Shown piece after piece: positions 25,950-29,541 of a stretch of 29,541 nucleotides of DNA. The notes beneath the pieces are model-generated. The model worked only from the letters and a program-made list of their open reading frames with translations. It was not told where the DNA came from and did no database searches. Each line of letters begins with the position of its first letter. Position 1 is the first letter of the stretch. Where the stretch lies: positions 1 through 29,541 of IMG/VR virus record IMGVR_UViG_3300037851_000064; one strand, written 5' to 3'. Position numbers and translations under genes: made by a program. This DNA is from a virus (taxonomy: Duplodnaviria; Caudoviricetes).

Positions 25950-26248
25950 GGGTTTATCACGGCCATGAGGGCGACGACGATCGCCATGACGGAAGCCGCG
26001 GCCCCGACGATCGACACTCCGAAGACGCGGGTTAGCATCGTGCTCACCGTGGTCCATCGTGTGTCCCAGACGAGCATCGTGTCCTCTAGCTTCCGCAGCC
26101 TGGCCTCGTCGTTGCTGCGGCGCTCCGTGGCGTTGGCCCGGAGGTCGCGCATCTCCGCCTTCAGGTCTACAAGAGCCTGTTCCAGCCTGTCCAGTCGATC
26201 GGTGACGCTTCCCCGAAACTCGTGTGGTACGCTCATGTCGTCTGCCAT
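25946..26248 (-). CDS. coiled-coil plus C-terminal TM protein (lysis accessory / holin-like)
   Basis: RLDRLEQAL...RLRKLE coiled coil followed by a hydrophobic C-terminus; ATGA-coupled to the endolysin. Confidence 0.65.
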   Translation of the reverse strand: MADDMSVPHEFRGSVTDRLDRLEQALVDLKAEMRDLRANATERRSNDEARLRKLEDTMLVWDTRWTTVSTMLTRVFGVSIVGAAASVMAIVVALMAVINP

Positions 26249-26417
26249 TCGTCACCGTTTGTTTGGCCGGGCGTATGTGGCGGCGCTTCCCCGGCCTGTC
26301 CCGCGAAGGCCGTCGGCCGGCGGGATATGGGGGTGCCCGCCGGGTGGAGGCGGCCCGGCGGGCGGATCCTGTCTTCCCATTGCGTCACGGTAAAGGTGCG
26401 GCCATTTACCGGGCCCC

Positions 26418-26438
26418 GCTACTCCACGATTTCGGAGT
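26418..26438. promoter_or_regulatory. palindromic operator ACTCC-N8-GGAGT, copy upstream of lysis/packaging genes
   Basis: Identical to 17770-17790; on the minus strand a TACCGT -10-like hexamer lies 28 nt downstream. Confidence 0.7.
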
Positions 26439-26646
26439 ACCGCCACGCGGCGCGAAGGCCGGGGTCGGCGTAGGTGTCCGAGGACTCCCCGAACTCGTCG
26501 GAGCGGACGGCGCCGAGCGGACGCCCGCCGTGCTCCTGGCAGACCTCGCCATTCGAGATGCGCCACGAGCATCCGTCCACCCGGCAGAAGCGCCATGCGT
26601 CGAGCGACCGCATCGCCCGCATCCCGTCGGCCTCGCCGCTGCTCAT
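26419..26646 (-). CDS. small Cys/His putative Zn-binding protein
   Basis: CRVDGC...VCQEH; ATGA overlap with the upstream gene. Confidence 0.55.
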   Translation of the reverse strand: MSSGEADGMRAMRSLDAWRFCRVDGCSWRISNGEVCQEHGGRPLGAVRSDEFGESSDTYADPGLRAAWRYSEIVE

Positions 26647-27707
26647 CGGAGGTCGCAGTCGATGAACGTGACGCCTGGCGGCGTCTTGCCGAGCGACGAG
26701 TAGAACCCCGCCGAGATCGAACCGGAAGACGTGACACGGCGCAGCGTCACGGTTCCGCCCTGCTCATACCGCACGGCGATCCCGGCTCCGGTGATCGTCG
26801 AGTCCTCGATCACGATGTCGCTGATGGTGCGGTCCCACAGGATCACGGCCTGTCCCGTTCCCGTCACCGTCATGTTGCGGACGGTCACGTTGCGAGCGTT
26901 CGGCTCGGTCGTCGTCGAGTGATAGAAGTGAAGCGCCGAGTCAAGTCCACCGCGCCCGTCAACGGTCAGCCGGTCGACGAGGATGTCGTGAACGCCGCCG
27001 ATGGACTGCGAGAAGTAGATACCGTGGTCATTGGCGCCCGAGCCGACCGACACGATCGTCCGCTCGATGGTGATGTCGCGCAGCGTGATGCCGTAGGGCG
27101 CCGCAGTCGAGAACGAACCGCCCCACCCGAGGACGATCGCCCCGGTCCCGGTCGGCTCCGCGTTGGCGAAACGGAAGCCCTGCCACGTCTGGTCGTGGGC
27201 GCCGCCGAGGAACGCGAGGCCGATCCAATAGCGCGCCCCTCCGCCGTCGAACGTCACGCCGCCCGTCGTCTCGGCCCGGACGAGGACTGGCCGCGTACGG
27301 CCAGCGAAGCGCTCGTTGACCCACAGGCCGCCCGTCTGACCGGCCGACGACGAGGCGCCGGGGATGCGGTACGTCCCATTGGCGACAACGATCTCGGCCA
27401 CCGCGTTGTCTGCGAGGGCCGACAGGAGCGCGGGGATGGACGCGACGCGGACGGCCGTGCTGGGGGTCGGGGTGGGGGTCGGTGCCACGGTCGGTGCCAC
27501 GGTCGGCGTCGCGGTGGGCGCGGGCGTGGGGGACGGGCTGGCGGTCGGGGTCGGCGTGGGCGTCAGGCCGTGGAGCGCCTCGAGCGCCGCGACGCGGGCC
27601 TCGAGCGCCGCGACGCGCTCCTCCAGCGTCGTCTCGGCGCCGGCCGGGAAAGGGATGTAGACGGCGACGAGAACGAATGCCAGCGTGACGGCGAGAAGTC
27701 GGCGCAT
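26643..27707 (-). CDS. exported right-handed parallel beta-helix (pectin-lyase-like) protein with Pro/Thr linker
   Basis: ATG 27707 (TAATG overlap); signal peptide MRRLLAVTLAFVLVAVYIPFPAGA; LEERVAALEARVAALE; PT linker; IVVANGTY, VRAETTGGVTFDG, GFRF, ITLRDITI, DHGIY, VTVRNMTVTG. Confidence 0.8.
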   Translation of the reverse strand: MRRLLAVTLAFVLVAVYIPFPAGAETTLEERVAALEARVAALEALHGLTPTPTPTASPSPTPAPTATPTVAPTVAPTPTPTPSTAVRVASIPALLSALADNAVAEIVVANGTYRIPGASSSAGQTGGLWVNERFAGRTRPVLVRAETTGGVTFDGGGARYWIGLAFLGGAHDQTWQGFRFANAEPTGTGAIVLGWGGSFSTAAPYGITLRDITIERTIVSVGSGANDHGIYFSQSIGGVHDILVDRLTVDGRGGLDSALHFYHSTTTEPNARNVTVRNMTVTGTGQAVILWDRTISDIVIEDSTITGAGIAVRYEQGGTVTLRRVTSSGSISAGFYSSLGKTPPGVTFIDCDLR

Positions 27708-28753
27708 TACCAGCCCTCGGAGGCGCGGTCCCCGACGTGGAGCGGGGCGCGAATGCTCATGCCGTGCTTGGGGTCCGTCACCCACCACGCCTGGGTGGGC
27801 GGTTCCGGCACGACGTTGATCGACGAGGCGTACTCGTCGTAGCCCTTGAGGCAGCCCCCGACGACGATGCCCGGAAGGAAGAGGAGCTGGTGGAAGTGGC
27901 CGAGGACGAGCACCTCGTAGGGCGCTCCCATCGCGATCGCCTTCCGCGTCTTCCGGTGCGAGCCGAGCATGAGCGGCGTCAGGACGCCGGAGATGCCGGA
28001 GCCGCCGCGGAACTGGTCGCCGTGGGTCAGCTGGTAGCGCGTCGAGTAGACCTGGACGAAGGTGTCCATCGCCTCGGGGATCGACCAGGTGAACCGCTTG
28101 TCGGCCCGGAGCGAGCGCTCGATGACGCGCCAGAACAACCACTCGATGTTGTCGCGGACGCGAAGCTTCGCCCGCGGTTTCTTCGTCCTCCGGCCATGAT
28201 TGCCGACCGTCACCGCGACGTGGACCCGCTGGTAGTGGTCGGCGATCGACAGGAGCGCGGCCTCGACGAGCTCGACCCAATGGACCACCGAGCCGTACAG
28301 CGTGTCGGCGTTCGTCTCGGATAGCTCGTCGTGGATGGTCCCCGAGAAGATGTCACCGCCGACGAACACCGTGATCCCGTCGTAGTCCATGCCCGAGATG
28401 TGATCGCGACCGAGGGTGACCGTCTTCTCGGCCCAGCGCCGCAGCCGCTTCTCCGCGATCGCGCGGTTGTAGGCGTTGTAGTCGAACATCTCCTCGGGCC
28501 GCACGACCTCGTCGAAGTGGGAGTCACAGAGCGTCACGCAGACGATCCCGGTGCCCTTCGGCTTCCGGGCCGGCGTGAGCCAGCGCGGCGGGCGGAGCTT
28601 CGCCTGGTCGATCGCCGTCGTGAAGTCGAGTTGCCGACGCAGGGAGGCCAGCTCCTCCTCGCGGTACTTGGCCTGTTCCTTCAGCGTGCGGATGAACCGC
28701 TTATCGGCGTCCTCGTCGCGCTCGATGCGCCGGGCGTCGTCTACAAGCGACAT
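27707..28753 (-). CDS. calcineurin-like metallophosphoesterase
   Basis: All five motifs present: DSH, GGDIFSG, GNHG, HGD, GHFH; start is 28753 or 28762. Confidence 0.85.
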   Translation of the reverse strand: MSLVDDARRIERDEDADKRFIRTLKEQAKYREEELASLRRQLDFTTAIDQAKLRPPRWLTPARKPKGTGIVCVTLCDSHFDEVVRPEEMFDYNAYNRAIAEKRLRRWAEKTVTLGRDHISGMDYDGITVFVGGDIFSGTIHDELSETNADTLYGSVVHWVELVEAALLSIADHYQRVHVAVTVGNHGRRTKKPRAKLRVRDNIEWLFWRVIERSLRADKRFTWSIPEAMDTFVQVYSTRYQLTHGDQFRGGSGISGVLTPLMLGSHRKTRKAIAMGAPYEVLVLGHFHQLLFLPGIVVGGCLKGYDEYASSINVVPEPPTQAWWVTDPKHGMSIRAPLHVGDRASEGW

Positions 28754-28971
28754 CGGACGCATTCGCCGCGCTGGTGACGGCTCAGCGAGTCCGCGGAGAT
28801 GCTGAACGAACGCCCGGCGAGGGCTCGCGAGAGAGCGGTCATCTGCACGCCGGCCGAAAGAGCCTCGATAATCTCCGCGTGGAGGATCGGGTCCGTCTTT
28901 CGTAGCATTTCCAGCCGACAGGGTGTTCCCGGTGACCCTTGGAGGCGCTGGGCCTCTTCGATGAGGTTCAT
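28741..28971 (-). CDS. small hypothetical protein (Cys/His, HTH-like)
   Basis: MNLIEEAQRL..PC...ALSRAL...SLSRHQRGECVRC; coupled to the phosphoesterase gene. Confidence 0.65.
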   Translation of the reverse strand: MNLIEEAQRLQGSPGTPCRLEMLRKTDPILHAEIIEALSAGVQMTALSRALAGRSFSISADSLSRHQRGECVRCRL

Positions 28972-29005
28972 GGCCCGAATGTCATGCCGAACGATCGGCG
29001 CGACA

Positions 29006-29023
29006 ACTCCACGATCTACGAGT
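29006..29023. promoter_or_regulatory. degenerate third copy of the operator
   Basis: ACTCCACGATCTACGAGT, 15/18 match; intergenic, upstream of the gene starting at 28971. Confidence 0.55.
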
Positions 29024-29026
29024 GTC

Positions 29027-29296
29027 CTACGCCAGCAGGCCCATGTCGCCCTGCTCGGTTGCGCGCTGGCACCGCCCCAGGCGCGGCTTGCCGTTCTCCC
29101 GCGTCAGGTCGTCGCAGTAGAACATGAGCGCCCGGTGAACCGAAGCGAACCCCTGCGAGCGGCACAGGGCGCGGAGGTGATAGGAGAGCGTCCACTCCCG
29201 GATGCCGACGGCGTGAGCGGCCGCCTTCCGGTTGCCGTCGTGGCGGTCAAGCATGACGAGGCAGCGCCACTGCATCCGGGTCGGCCCCCTGGTCAT
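29027..29296 (-). CDS. small HTH regulator (LuxR/Fis-like), candidate late activator
   Basis: ATG 29296; PTRMQWRCLVML...RKAAAHAVGIREWTLSYHLRALCRSQG. Confidence 0.6.
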   Translation of the reverse strand: MTRGPTRMQWRCLVMLDRHDGNRKAAAHAVGIREWTLSYHLRALCRSQGFASVHRALMFYCDDLTRENGKPRLGRCQRATEQGDMGLLA

Positions 29297-29508
29297 GCGG
29301 CGGTCCACTCCGCCGAGCAGTCGCAATCGTCCGGCCGGCCGGTGCGCGTCGTCGGGCACCAGCCGGCGTGAACGATGGACGGGTCGAGGTGGCGCGGATA
29401 GCGGGTGGAGTAGACCTCGCGGCGCCCGCGGAGGTGGTCCCAGGCGCGGAGGATGGCCCACGCCGCCATGAGCGCGGCGCCGAGGTAGATGGCGAGGGCG
29501 CGGATCAT
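29293..29508 (-). CDS. small membrane-anchored hypothetical protein
   Basis: MIRALAIYLGAALMAAWAIL TM segment; C-terminal H..WC...CDC; GGAGG upstream. Confidence 0.5.
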   Translation of the reverse strand: MIRALAIYLGAALMAAWAILRAWDHLRGRREVYSTRYPRHLDPSIVHAGWCPTTRTGRPDDCDCSAEWTAA

Positions 29509-29541
29509 TGCTTGCCGTCCTCCCACCCGATCGTGTCAAGC

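Noticed and set aside
26335-26365. GCCTCCACCCGGC (minus strand) resembling an HDV-like ribozyme P3/L3
   Set aside because: Could not build P1, P1.1 or P2 around it; a simple hairpin explains it
29505-29541. TTGACA on the minus strand at the right end as a promoter
   Set aside because: No -10 at proper spacing; more likely the 3' end of an upstream CDS (LDTIGWEDGKQ*) overlapping ATG 29508

Overview
High-GC tailed phage or prophage segment (siphovirus-like, HK97-fold head). The host is probably an actinobacterium or another high-GC monoderm; this is inferred from the endolysin/holin style. Almost all genes are on the minus strand. From right to left: small HTH regulator, calcineurin-like phosphoesterase, exported beta-helix protein, lysis genes, terminase, a portal-MuF fusion, a four-gene putative head/neck appendage module, protease, major capsid protein, an FkbM methyltransferase plus three glycosyltransferases inserted in the head-neck operon, neck and tail genes with a CCCTTTA -1 frameshift, a short tape measure and one large tail-tip/RBP protein. 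A short plus-strand operon (Cro-like HTH, Zn-finger, winged-helix protein) ends in a GTGTCCGGAA repeat array with a large palindrome. A divergent promoter drives a leftward early operon with a Cas4/RecB-like nuclease and a Rad52-like annealing protein. Most notable are a candidate virion glycosylation/methylation system, a three-site palindromic operator regulon beside an HTH gene, an iteron-like locus, and a signal-peptide-bearing beta-helix enzyme. No database searches were possible; calls rest on motifs read by eye and gene order.
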